A DNA stretch of 64,000 nt, taken from an uncultured Gemmatimonadales bacterium. GTDB taxonomy: Bacteria; Gemmatimonadota; Gemmatimonadetes; Longimicrobiales; RSA9. Location: positions 352,001 through 416,000 of the forward strand of contig CAWAMW010000002.1 in NCBI GenBank assembly GCA_963783305.1, read 5' to 3'. Under the pieces are notes generated by a model. It was not told the DNA's origin. It did no database searches and saw nothing but the letters and a program-made list of their open reading frames with translations. Position 1 is the stretch's first letter. The number at the start of each line of letters is the position of its first letter. Of this stretch, positions 28,723 to 37,379 are shown one piece after another. The translations under genes and the position numbers were made by a program.

Positions 28723-29766
28723 TCAGTCCAGGGTGGCGATCTCGATGTTCCGGATGTGCTCCCCGTAGTGCTCCTTGTAAAAGATCTTCCGCTCGACGGC
28801 CTCGATCACCGGCTCTCCGAAGTCCACATCCTGGAGCCGCCCCGCCACGTTCAGGCCGCCGGCGCTGATGGTATTGATCTCCACCAGCTTGTCGCCGACG
28901 ATGTCCAGGCCGGCGAAGAAGATGCCGTCCTTGATCAGCTTGGGGCCCACGATTGCGGCGAGTCGCAGCATCCCCTCGTCGACATCCGGCAGCGCTGCCT
29001 TCCCGCCCGCGCTCATGTTGCTCCGGAAGTCGTCCGCGGGTGTGGCACGCAGCACCGCCGCGTGCTTTCCGTCCACCACGAGAGGCTTGCCGTTGACGAG
29101 GAACAGGCGCGTGTCGCCTTCCGCGGCCTCGGGCAGGAACTCCTGCGCGATAATGTAGCTGTTCCTGCTCACCGACTCCACGATCTGATGCAGGTTCTCG
29201 GCGTCCTCCTTCACCAGGAAGACATCCGTGCCGCCGTACCCCATGAGCGGTTTCACCACGATCTTCCGCCCGTGCTCCTCGTGGAAGGCCTTCACCCGCT
29301 CGTAGCTGCGGGTGATGATACTCGCCGGCCGCACCCGCTCAGGGAACTGCTGGAAGTACATCTTGCTGGTGGCCCACGAGAGGCTGTACGGGTGGTTCAG
29401 CACCACTACGCCGTGCTCGAGGGCGAGCTGGCCAAAGAGCATGGGAGAGTTCTGCGTCCACGCCGCCTCCCCCTCTTCCCCCGGGTTGTAGCGGAGCCAG
29501 ATCACGTCCAGCTCGCGGGTGCTGACCATGGCCGTCTCCGCGTCCCGCCCCTGCACCACGTCCAGGAAGGCCTGCTGGGATTTCACGTCCGTGCCGGGGC
29601 CCACGCGTGCCATGGCGCCCACGTGACCGTCATCGAAGTATTCGAGCTCGCCCACACCGGTAACATAGACGTCGTGCCCTCTGCGGCACGCGGCTGTGGC
29701 AAGCACGGTGCTGGTCGCGGTGTCGATCTCGGTGTTCACGTCGTTCAGTACAAAGAGAATCTTCAT
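28723..29766 (-). CDS. gshB: Glutathione synthetase-like ATP-grasp ligase
   Basis: VVKPLMGYGG, AQEFLPE, GDTRLFLVNG, FRSNMSAGG, GLDIVGDKLVEIN. Substrate-binding motifs diverge from canonical GshB. Confidence 0.75.
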   Translation of the reverse strand: MKILFVLNDVNTEIDTATSTVLATAACRRGHDVYVTGVGELEYFDDGHVGAMARVGPGTDVKSQQAFLDVVQGRDAETAMVSTRELDVIWLRYNPGEEGEAAWTQNSPMLFGQLALEHGVVVLNHPYSLSWATSKMYFQQFPERVRPASIITRSYERVKAFHEEHGRKIVVKPLMGYGGTDVFLVKEDAENLHQIVESVSRNSYIIAQEFLPEAAEGDTRLFLVNGKPLVVDGKHAAVLRATPADDFRSNMSAGGKAALPDVDEGMLRLAAIVGPKLIKDGIFFAGLDIVGDKLVEINTISAGGLNVAGRLQDVDFGEPVIEAVERKIFYKEHYGEHIRNIEIATLD

Positions 29767-31649
29767 TCAGTCCGGGAGCCAGTGGAGGTTCGAGGGTCGG
29801 CGACCATGGCGTGGAGCGGCAGGCCGTCCCGCAGCTTCTTCAGCCGGGCCCGGGGCTCCTTCTGGTCGAGGAATCGGGGCATGAGCGGCACGGGCCCGAG
29901 GACGCCGCGCTCCCGCAGTTCACTGATCACGCCCAGGTGCCGTATGGCGATCTTGCCGACGTAGAGCGGCTTGATCGGCCCGCCGTCCCGCAGGTATTCC
30001 ACCACATCCACGAAGCCGCGCAGGTAGATGTGGTCGCGGGTGAAGCCGCCGCTGGAGTATGCGCGGGTGGTGATGTCGAACGCGCTCCACGGTGTAAAGC
30101 CGTGGTCGCGATGGAGACGCCGGAACGTTTCCAGGAAGTCCGCCCCATCGATGCAGCAGTCCACAGCCAGCACGCGTCCCGCCAGGAGCCGGATCCGGGT
30201 GGGAGTGAGGCCGCCCACGAGGAACTCCGCGAGGACCCCGAGTCCCTCCTGTGTTTCGTCGTATTCCGCGAACCCGCTGGCGAGCTGGAGGAACGGCTGC
30301 GCGGCGCCGTTCACGTAGGTCAGGACATGCGTTCCCACCTCGTGCTGAAGGAGGGCTTCGACCCGATCGGGCGAGAGGGACAGGTCGCGTCCGATCAGGA
30401 GCCGACCCGCAGAGACCATGAGGCCCACGAGGTCCGGCCGCACCTGGATCTCCGAGCGGAACGCCGGATACAGGCGCCGGTAGTGGTCGAACTCCCGCTC
30501 GGCCCGCCGGGCGAATTCCACCGCTCCCACCCGCTCCTTCGGCGGCCCTCCACCATCGGGCCTCTCCACCTCGGACAGGATTTCCTTCGCGCGATCTCGC
30601 AGCGCCGCGTCCACGGGGCCGAACAGGCGGATGGCGCTGTGGAGGAACTGGGGCGAGTTGCGCTCGGCCAGGAGGCTGATCTGCTTGTCCAGCTCTTCGC
30701 GCTTGTCGCGCAGCAGTTTCCAGGCGGCCGGGTCGTCCACGTCCTCCAGCCGGATCTGGTACAGCTCCCGCTTCACCAGGTCCGGCTCGAGTGGCAGCAG
30801 CCGGTAGTGCAGCTCCGGCGGGCTGCGGTAGCCCGCCGCCCGGAACCGCTCCCACGCCGCCCTGTGGTTCACCGGCGCCACGAGCAGCAGCGTATCGAAG
30901 GAGGCGCTGATCTCCGCCAGTCTGCGGTCGGCTTCCCACACCGCCTCGCCGAGGGAGCGCCGGCCGAGCGCGCGGTAGCTTGGCAGCGTGGTTCCGGTCT
31001 GGACCCGGAGGAACTCGAACATCGAGTTCCGCAGGATCGTCGATAGGGCGTGGGCGAAATGGCGCAGGAAGACCGGGTAGAGCTTGCCCGTCTCTGCGTC
31101 GCGCCACTCTTCCGGAAGCTCCACTCCCACGAGGAGTGCGCCGAGCTCGTGGAGCTTCGAGACCGGAAACAGGGGTCCGAGGGCGGGCGGATGCCGGTCG
31201 TCTGTGCCCGACACCTCCACCGTCGAGCCGGGTGTGCGGCTCAGGCCCGCCAGCCCATCCGCCAGCGTCCGGACCGTGGCGGGCGCCGGCCCGTCCGGAC
31301 CCAACACGCGGTACCGGTCGCCCGCCCACATCTCGATGAGCAGGAATGCGCCGTGCTCGTCCACGCCCGCGGCTGCCACCTGCCGCGCCGTCTCCACGAC
31401 GAGCTCCGGGTCGGCTTCCGGCCCCGCGCGCAGGTACGCAGCCTCGCCGCGTACCAGGTGCGCCATGGGAGACCCGGGCTCCGCGTTCCGGACGATGACC
31501 AGAAACGGCCGGGATCCGTCCACCACCAGGCGTACGCCACCGGCCGACGCGTCCAGGGGGATGCCACGGCGGAAGGCGTCGCGGATCGCCCGCGGGTCCG
31601 CGACGCCGTCCAGGTCAGGACTGCTCGCCCAGTTGCTCGTTTCTTCCAT
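29763..31649 (-). CDS. DUF1704 / QEGLA-motif (MATCAP-like) metallopeptidase with N-terminal extension
   Basis: LLQHEVGTHVLT (HExxxH), ETQEGLG, GGFTRDHIYLRG. ATGA overlap with the gshB-like gene. Confidence 0.85.
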   Translation of the reverse strand: MEETSNWASSPDLDGVADPRAIRDAFRRGIPLDASAGGVRLVVDGSRPFLVIVRNAEPGSPMAHLVRGEAAYLRAGPEADPELVVETARQVAAAGVDEHGAFLLIEMWAGDRYRVLGPDGPAPATVRTLADGLAGLSRTPGSTVEVSGTDDRHPPALGPLFPVSKLHELGALLVGVELPEEWRDAETGKLYPVFLRHFAHALSTILRNSMFEFLRVQTGTTLPSYRALGRRSLGEAVWEADRRLAEISASFDTLLLVAPVNHRAAWERFRAAGYRSPPELHYRLLPLEPDLVKRELYQIRLEDVDDPAAWKLLRDKREELDKQISLLAERNSPQFLHSAIRLFGPVDAALRDRAKEILSEVERPDGGGPPKERVGAVEFARRAEREFDHYRRLYPAFRSEIQVRPDLVGLMVSAGRLLIGRDLSLSPDRVEALLQHEVGTHVLTYVNGAAQPFLQLASGFAEYDETQEGLGVLAEFLVGGLTPTRIRLLAGRVLAVDCCIDGADFLETFRRLHRDHGFTPWSAFDITTRAYSSGGFTRDHIYLRGFVDVVEYLRDGGPIKPLYVGKIAIRHLGVISELRERGVLGPVPLMPRFLDQKEPRARLKKLRDGLPLHAMVADPRTSTGSRTE

Positions 31650-31954
31650 GGTTCGGTAGGTATGTGCAAGAACGGTGCTGCGGCGGGCACGGCGCCAACA
31701 CGGCTCTCTCCCGGCGGGGCCCGGGCACCGCTCCCGTCATGCACGTTCTCCGGGGACCCCGCTCGGCGGCTCGCCGGAGGGCTCGCAGCGCAGTCCAGGC
31801 GGAGACAGGCCCTGCCACCAGAAATGGCTTCGCTCTTCGGGTGCCACGTGGAGTGCCACGAGCGGCGGATTTCGATGCGGCTGGACGCCGGCGGCGACCT
31901 CCCGTTGCCAACCGGGGCGACCCCAGCCATTTTTTCGCACGGACCCTTCCAACT

Positions 31955-32491
31955 ATGATCGTGACCGACCACCGTTCCGAAATGCCGCGCGAAGCCCATG
32001 ACATCTCGGGCGCGGGAGACCGCTACGAAGCGCTCGTGGAGGTGCTCCAGCACCAGCAATCCCAGGCGGAACGGGACCGCGAGCTGGAACGTAAGCGGCG
32101 GGCGCGGAGCCAGGAGCGGGAAGGGACGCCGCCGTGGGTCCTGGTCGTAGTGCTGGTGGTGGCGGCATGGCTCTGGATCCTGCCCCCGGCGTTCCTGCGA
32201 GTGGAGCCCCCTCCGCCGCAGCCCATCGAGAAGGAGGAGGCCTCGCTGCGGTTCGTGATCTACGCCCAGGCCCGGCGGCTCGATGCGTATCGCCAGCAGA
32301 CGGGACGCTACCCCGAGCGCCTGGAGGAGGCGGGTCCGCCGCTCCCCGGCATGACGTACGCCCGGCTGCACGCTGACCTGTATCAGCTCACCGGCTCCAC
32401 CGACCGGCTCACCCTGACGTACATATCCGACCTGCCGCTCGAGAACTTCCTGGGAGCGGGCGCGGGCGTGATGGACGAAGAAAAGCTGTAG
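31955..32491 (+). CDS. Hypothetical single-TM membrane protein
   Basis: Charged N-terminus, one TM (PPWVLVVVLVVAAWLWI), C-terminal LDAYRQQTGRYPERL. Start at 31955 or 31982. Confidence 0.65.
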   Translation: MIVTDHRSEMPREAHDISGAGDRYEALVEVLQHQQSQAERDRELERKRRARSQEREGTPPWVLVVVLVVAAWLWILPPAFLRVEPPPPQPIEKEEASLRFVIYAQARRLDAYRQQTGRYPERLEEAGPPLPGMTYARLHADLYQLTGSTDRLTLTYISDLPLENFLGAGAGVMDEEKL

Positions 32492-32549
32492 GAACACGAA
32501 CGGCGGTCCCCACTCGTCCTCGCGCGCACGACCCGAAACAGCCGAATGG

Positions 32550-32565
32550 TGGTGCGGGAGTTGCA
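32550..32565 (+). promoter_or_regulatory. Sigma54-type -24/-12 element
   Basis: TGGTGCGGGAGTTGCA, ending 14 nt before ATG 32579. Confidence 0.45.
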
Positions 32566-32578
32566 CGAGCGGCGTGCG

Positions 32579-34558
32579 ATGTCCCAGCCCAACCACACGC
32601 AACCGGTGCCCGAGCTGCCACACCCCCCGCGGGAGTGGCTGACCACGAACGGTCTCGGGGGCTACGCATCGGGCACGATTACGGGTGAGCTGACCCGTCG
32701 CTATCATGGCCTCCTGGTCTCCGCGCACCCCGCGCCCAAGAGCCGCGTGCTGACGCTGGTGGAGATCCAGGCCACCGTCGAGCTGGATGGCGACCAGGCG
32801 CGGCGACTCGGCGGTCACCCCACCCTCCCCGGCGCTCCCGCGGCCGCTCGCCTGGAGAGCTTCGAGCTGCAACGCGGGCTGCCGTCGTGGACGTACGAGG
32901 TGGAGGGGCGCCGGATCCGTCGGCGGCTGACCATGCCGCACCGGCGCAACAGCGTCTCGGTGGAGTACGCGCTGCTGGAGGGCGACGCCGTCCAAATGCT
33001 CCTCCGGCCGCTCTTCCAGCCGCGCTCCCACGACGCGTCCGTGGACGTGATTGCCGACGGGTTGGAGTCGGAAAGCGTGGAGGGCGGGCTGGACGTGCAC
33101 TGCCACGCCCTCCCTACTACTCGACTCCGGTTCCCGCAGGAGGTGCTGCGGGCGGGCGAGCCCCACACGTTCAACGGCATCCGCTACAGCCTCGAGGCCG
33201 CTCGGGGCTATCCCTCGGAAGGTACGCTGTGGTCGCCAGGCACACTGGGGGCCCGGCTCGAGCCCGGCCGACCGCTGACACTGCTCGCGTCCACGGACCC
33301 GCCCGAAGCGCTTCCAGCACTGCGGCACACCGCCATCGAGGGGGCGGAGCTCGAGCGACGGGGCCGGCTCCTCGAGGAGGCCGGCGCCACAGCCGATCCG
33401 CTCCTCAGCCGGCTCGTCGTTGCCGCCGACAGCTTCATCTTCGAGCCCGTGTCCCGCGCCCACGCCCGCTCCGCCAAGAGCGTCATTGCCGGCTATCACT
33501 GGTTCACCGACTGGGGCCGGGACACCATGATCAGTCTGGAGGGGCTCACGCTCACCACCGGACGGGCCGATGAGGCGGCGGCCATCCTCCGCACGTTCGC
33601 CGAGCACACCCGTGATGGCCTCATCCCGAACCTGTTCCCCGAGGGCGACACCGAAGGCCTCTATCACACCGCCGATGCCACCCTCTGGTTCTTTCACGCC
33701 GTCCACCGCTACGTCCAGGCGACGGGCGACGAACCGTTCCTCCACGAGCTGCTGCCGGTACTCCGAGACATTGTCGAGAAGCACATCGCGGGTACGCGCT
33801 TCGGGATCGGCGTGGACCCTCGCGATGACCTGCTCCGGCAGGGCGCCGAGGGCTACCAGCTGACCTGGATGGACGCAAAGGTCGATGACTGGGTCGTGAC
33901 GCCGCGGCGCGGCAAGGCCGTGGAGATCAATGCGCTCTGGTACAACGCGCTGCGACTCCTGGCAGGGTGGCTCCGGGAAAGCGACTCGGCCGCGGCCGAG
34001 GCGCTGGATCACCGCGCCGAGCGCACCCGCTCCTCGTTCAACCTTCGCTTCTGGTACGACGAGGGTGACTACCTCTACGACGTCATCGACGGCGAGACCG
34101 GTGAGGATGGCGCGGACCCGGCGTTCCGACCGAACCAGTTGTTCGCCATTTCCCTGGACCACCCCGTCCTCGACCCCGCCCGCTGGTCGACCGTGCTGGA
34201 GAAGGTGGAGGAGCGGCTGCTGACGCCCGTAGGGCTCCGCTCTCTCGCTCCCGGCCACCCGGACTACGCTCCCACGTATGCGGGCGACCTCCGCAGCCGG
34301 GACGCCGCGTACCATCAGGGGACCGTATGGGGCTGGCTCATTGGCCCCTTCATCGACGCCTGGCTCCGGGTACACCCCGACCGCACCTCGGAGGCCCGCC
34401 GGTATCTCGAGGGCCTCGTCTCCCACCTCGATGACGCGTGCGTCGGCTCGCTGAGCGAGATATTCGATGCGGAGCCGCCCTTCACGCCACGGGGGTGCGT
34501 CGCGCAGGCTTGGACCGTGGCGGAAGTGCTCCGGGGGCTGCGGAGAACCGGCGACTAG
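32579..34558 (+). CDS. Amylo-alpha-1,6-glucosidase (glycogen debranching enzyme, GDE_N + GDE_C)
   Basis: EWLTTNGLGGYAS, RRYHGLL, AGYHWFTDWGRDT, LTWMDAK, RPNQL, YHQGTVW, SEIFD, AQAW. Confidence 0.92.
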   Translation: MSQPNHTQPVPELPHPPREWLTTNGLGGYASGTITGELTRRYHGLLVSAHPAPKSRVLTLVEIQATVELDGDQARRLGGHPTLPGAPAAARLESFELQRGLPSWTYEVEGRRIRRRLTMPHRRNSVSVEYALLEGDAVQMLLRPLFQPRSHDASVDVIADGLESESVEGGLDVHCHALPTTRLRFPQEVLRAGEPHTFNGIRYSLEAARGYPSEGTLWSPGTLGARLEPGRPLTLLASTDPPEALPALRHTAIEGAELERRGRLLEEAGATADPLLSRLVVAADSFIFEPVSRAHARSAKSVIAGYHWFTDWGRDTMISLEGLTLTTGRADEAAAILRTFAEHTRDGLIPNLFPEGDTEGLYHTADATLWFFHAVHRYVQATGDEPFLHELLPVLRDIVEKHIAGTRFGIGVDPRDDLLRQGAEGYQLTWMDAKVDDWVVTPRRGKAVEINALWYNALRLLAGWLRESDSAAAEALDHRAERTRSSFNLRFWYDEGDYLYDVIDGETGEDGADPAFRPNQLFAISLDHPVLDPARWSTVLEKVEERLLTPVGLRSLAPGHPDYAPTYAGDLRSRDAAYHQGTVWGWLIGPFIDAWLRVHPDRTSEARRYLEGLVSHLDDACVGSLSEIFDAEPPFTPRGCVAQAWTVAEVLRGLRRTGD

Positions 34559-34638
34559 ATGCGCCGGGCTTGCCGCGAGCGCGCCGCTGTCGTTGGTTCA
34601 GAGCACATCCTGCACAATTCTATTCCAGAGACCAGGCC

Positions 34639-36183
34639 ATGACCCGACCCAGCCCGGAGCAGCAGAGCACCGATTCCGCGCCCGCGGATCCCGCCCCCAC
34701 CCGCGGCAGGGGTGCTCTCGTGGAGATCCCGCCCCGCCCATCGCTGGCAGACTACGAAGGCATCGCCCACCTGGCGCCGGCGGTGGACGCGCTGCGCAAG
34801 CGCGCGGCGCCAGTGGTGTCCGCCCTCGAGGGCCGCACCGTCTGGATGGTGAACTCCACCGCCCAGGGCGGAGGAGTGGCGGAGATGCTTCCCACCATGG
34901 TCACGCTGCTCCGTGAGCTCGGGATCCGGACGGAGTGGTTCGTCATGGAAACGGACCGTCAGGCATTCTTCCGACTCACGAAGGGGATCCACAACCTGAT
35001 CCACGGCGCGGGCGACCCGTCGCTGGTGGGGGGAGAAGCCCGGGACGTCTATGAAGCGGTGAACCGGGAGAACGCCGCAACGCTGGCCCGTCTCATGTCG
35101 CCGGGTGATGTGCTCGTCGTGCACGACCCCCAGCCCATGGGCCTGGCCGCCGCGCTCCGGGGGCCGCTCGACCTGCGCACGATCTGGCGCTGCCACATCG
35201 GTCTGGACGAGGAGAACGAATCGACGCGGGCGGCGTGGTCGTTCCTCGAGCCGTACGCCGCCGACTACCGGCACAGCGTGTTCAGCGCGGAGGAGTACAT
35301 CCCGCGGTACTTCCGGGACCGGGCGCGGCTCATCTACCCGGCGCTGGACCCGCTGTCGCAGAAGAACCGGGAGCTCCATCTGCACAGCGTGGTGGGGATC
35401 ATGGCCAATGCCGCGCTCGCGGTCCCGCCCGGCCCCGTCGTTCAGCCGCCGTTCCCGCACATCGCGCAGCGACTGCAGGCGGACGGGATCTGGGCGCCAG
35501 CGGTGCTCCCGGCGGACATAGGGCTCCTGGTCCGACCGATCGTCACGCAGATCTCGCGCTGGGACCGGCTGAAGGGCTGGCTCCCCCTGATGCACGGATT
35601 CGTGCAGCTGAAGGAGCGGTTCTTCAGTGGCGACCGTGCCCGGCGATCCGCCATCGAGCGGCGGCGCCTGGGGCAGGTGCGACTGGTGATGGCGGGCCCG
35701 GACCCGGCTTCCATCCAGGATGATCCTGAAGGGTTGGACGTGATCGAGGAGCTGCGGGAGGCGTACCTGGGGCTGGACGACGAGCTGAAGCACGACATTG
35801 CCATGATCGCGCTGCCGATGCACGACCCGGACGAGAACGCGCTCATGGTGAACGCCCTCCAGCGCAGCTCCACCATCATCGTGCAGAACTCCCTGCGGGA
35901 AGGGTTCGGCCTCACGGTCACGGAGGCCATGTGGAAACGGATCCCGGTATTGAGCAACCGCCGGGCTGTGGGGCCGCGCCAGCAGATCACGCACGCCTGC
36001 GATGGCTGGCTCATCGAGGACCCGGAAGACCCCAAGCAGATCGCCGACGCGCTGGACTTCATGCTGAACGACCGCGCGGAGCGGGCCGCCCTGGCCCGAA
36101 CGGCGCAGCGCCGCGCCCATCAGCAGTTCATGATCTTCAGTCAGCTCGGCCGCTGGCTCGATCTGCTCGCCGAGGATGTCTGA
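34639..36183 (+). CDS. treT: GT4 glycosyltransferase, trehalose synthase TreT-like
   Basis: VNSTAQGGGVAEML, VHDPQP, WRCHI, QISRWDRLKG, NSLREGFGLTVTEAMWK. Confidence 0.75.
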   Translation: MTRPSPEQQSTDSAPADPAPTRGRGALVEIPPRPSLADYEGIAHLAPAVDALRKRAAPVVSALEGRTVWMVNSTAQGGGVAEMLPTMVTLLRELGIRTEWFVMETDRQAFFRLTKGIHNLIHGAGDPSLVGGEARDVYEAVNRENAATLARLMSPGDVLVVHDPQPMGLAAALRGPLDLRTIWRCHIGLDEENESTRAAWSFLEPYAADYRHSVFSAEEYIPRYFRDRARLIYPALDPLSQKNRELHLHSVVGIMANAALAVPPGPVVQPPFPHIAQRLQADGIWAPAVLPADIGLLVRPIVTQISRWDRLKGWLPLMHGFVQLKERFFSGDRARRSAIERRRLGQVRLVMAGPDPASIQDDPEGLDVIEELREAYLGLDDELKHDIAMIALPMHDPDENALMVNALQRSSTIIVQNSLREGFGLTVTEAMWKRIPVLSNRRAVGPRQQITHACDGWLIEDPEDPKQIADALDFMLNDRAERAALARTAQRRAHQQFMIFSQLGRWLDLLAEDV

Positions 36184-36192
36184 GCGCTCCCC

Positions 36193-36456
36193 TCATTCCA
36201 GCTCCGACCGCAGCCGCCGCATGAGCCGGTCGTGTACGTCCGTGGCCGGCTCGGGTGCGCGGCCGAGCTCCTCCCGAAGCGTGGTCACCGCCCGGCTGAA
36301 GTCCCCCCCGAACCGCTCGCACCAGTCGCAGCCCCGCAGATGGGCCTCGATCCGCGCCACGTGCTCGGACGGCAGCTCACCGTCGAGATAATCGGAGAGG
36401 TCCCCGAGGACGTCCGTGCAGCGGATTCCGGCTACCTCCCGATCATGCGCTTTCAT
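36193..36456 (-). CDS. Soluble zinc-finger (zf-HC2/ZAS) anti-sigma factor
   Basis: C...LSDYLDGEL...EAHLRGCDWC; directly downstream of an ECF sigma gene. Confidence 0.87.
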   Translation of the reverse strand: MKAHDREVAGIRCTDVLGDLSDYLDGELPSEHVARIEAHLRGCDWCERFGGDFSRAVTTLREELGRAPEPATDVHDRLMRRLRSELE

Positions 36457-37000
36457 CGATCCCCCTGACCTTCTCCATGAAACGGAGCCGCGCGCGATGG
36501 ACCCGGCTCTTCACGGCGGCGAGCGACAACTCGAGCAGCTCCGCGACCTCCTCGTTCCCGAACCCCTCGAGGTCCCGCAGCAGCAGCACCTCGCGGTCCT
36601 CCTCCGAGAGCCCGTGGAACCCTCGCTCCACGAGCTCGGCGGCGGCGATCCGGCTGGTCCACGCCTCGTCGGGGTCCCGACCCCAGCCGGCTCCGACGGC
36701 AATGGCGTCGAGGGGCTGGAACGATTCGGGTTCTCCGGCGGACCGCCGATACTGCCGGTGCACGGCGTTCCGGGCGATAGTGAGCAGCCATGCCCGGGCC
36801 GAGCCCGCGCCGCGGTACCCATCCGCCCTGCGCCACGCCGTAATGAACGTCTCCTGGAGCGCATCCTCGGCCCGGTCCGGGTCCGCCGTGCGGGTCCGGA
36901 TGTAGCGCAGCACCGCGCCCTCGTGACGACGCACGAACCGCTCGAACGCGTCCCGGTCCCCGCCGGCGACGTGCTCGAGGGTTTGCGCGTCGTCGGTCAC
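36443..37000 (-). CDS. ECF RNA polymerase sigma factor
   Basis: AEDALQETF, WLLTIARN, EVAELLELSLAAVKSRVHRAR. GTG 37000 overlaps the upstream stop (GTGA). Confidence 0.92.
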   Translation of the reverse strand: MTDDAQTLEHVAGGDRDAFERFVRRHEGAVLRYIRTRTADPDRAEDALQETFITAWRRADGYRGAGSARAWLLTIARNAVHRQYRRSAGEPESFQPLDAIAVGAGWGRDPDEAWTSRIAAAELVERGFHGLSEEDREVLLLRDLEGFGNEEVAELLELSLAAVKSRVHRARLRFMEKVRGIDESA

Positions 37001-37206
37001 CTGGCCTTCGCTCTGCAGGTCGATATCCCGAACAGCGTGTAGAGGGGGCAGCTGCCCATCAGCCCGGTGGCGAGCGGGATCAGCCCCAGCCACCCAAGCG
37101 GCGTCTGCGGGCCCACGAAGACCAGCATGATCCCCGCGGCGCCGATCCCCACCCGCATCACTCGATCGATCATGTGCTCGTTACTCGGCATGATTCTGCT
37201 CAGCAT
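36997..37206 (-). CDS. DUF2892 (YgaP-like) membrane protein
   Basis: NEHMIDRVMRV...GLIPLATGLMGSCPLYTLFGISTC. Confidence 0.87.
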   Translation of the reverse strand: MLSRIMPSNEHMIDRVMRVGIGAAGIMLVFVGPQTPLGWLGLIPLATGLMGSCPLYTLFGISTCRAKAR

Positions 37207-37379
37207 GATTCCCCCATGTCCCGTAGTGAATTCCCCGCCCTCACCCCATGGAGCCGCGCCCCGCCGAAAAGGATTCACCGTCGAATCGACACCCGTGCGG
37301 CGGCCGCCCCGCGGCCTTGCCACGTGCCGACCCCCGTCCCACCTTCACCTCTCATCATTCCCGAACCCACCGGACCACC

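Noticed and set aside
31241..34426. 1061-aa minus-strand ORF, and similar long antisense ORFs (5561-7615, 26991-28868, 41507-43555, 53938-55971)
   Set aside because: They overlap recognisable genes on the other strand or frame and have no domain signatures.
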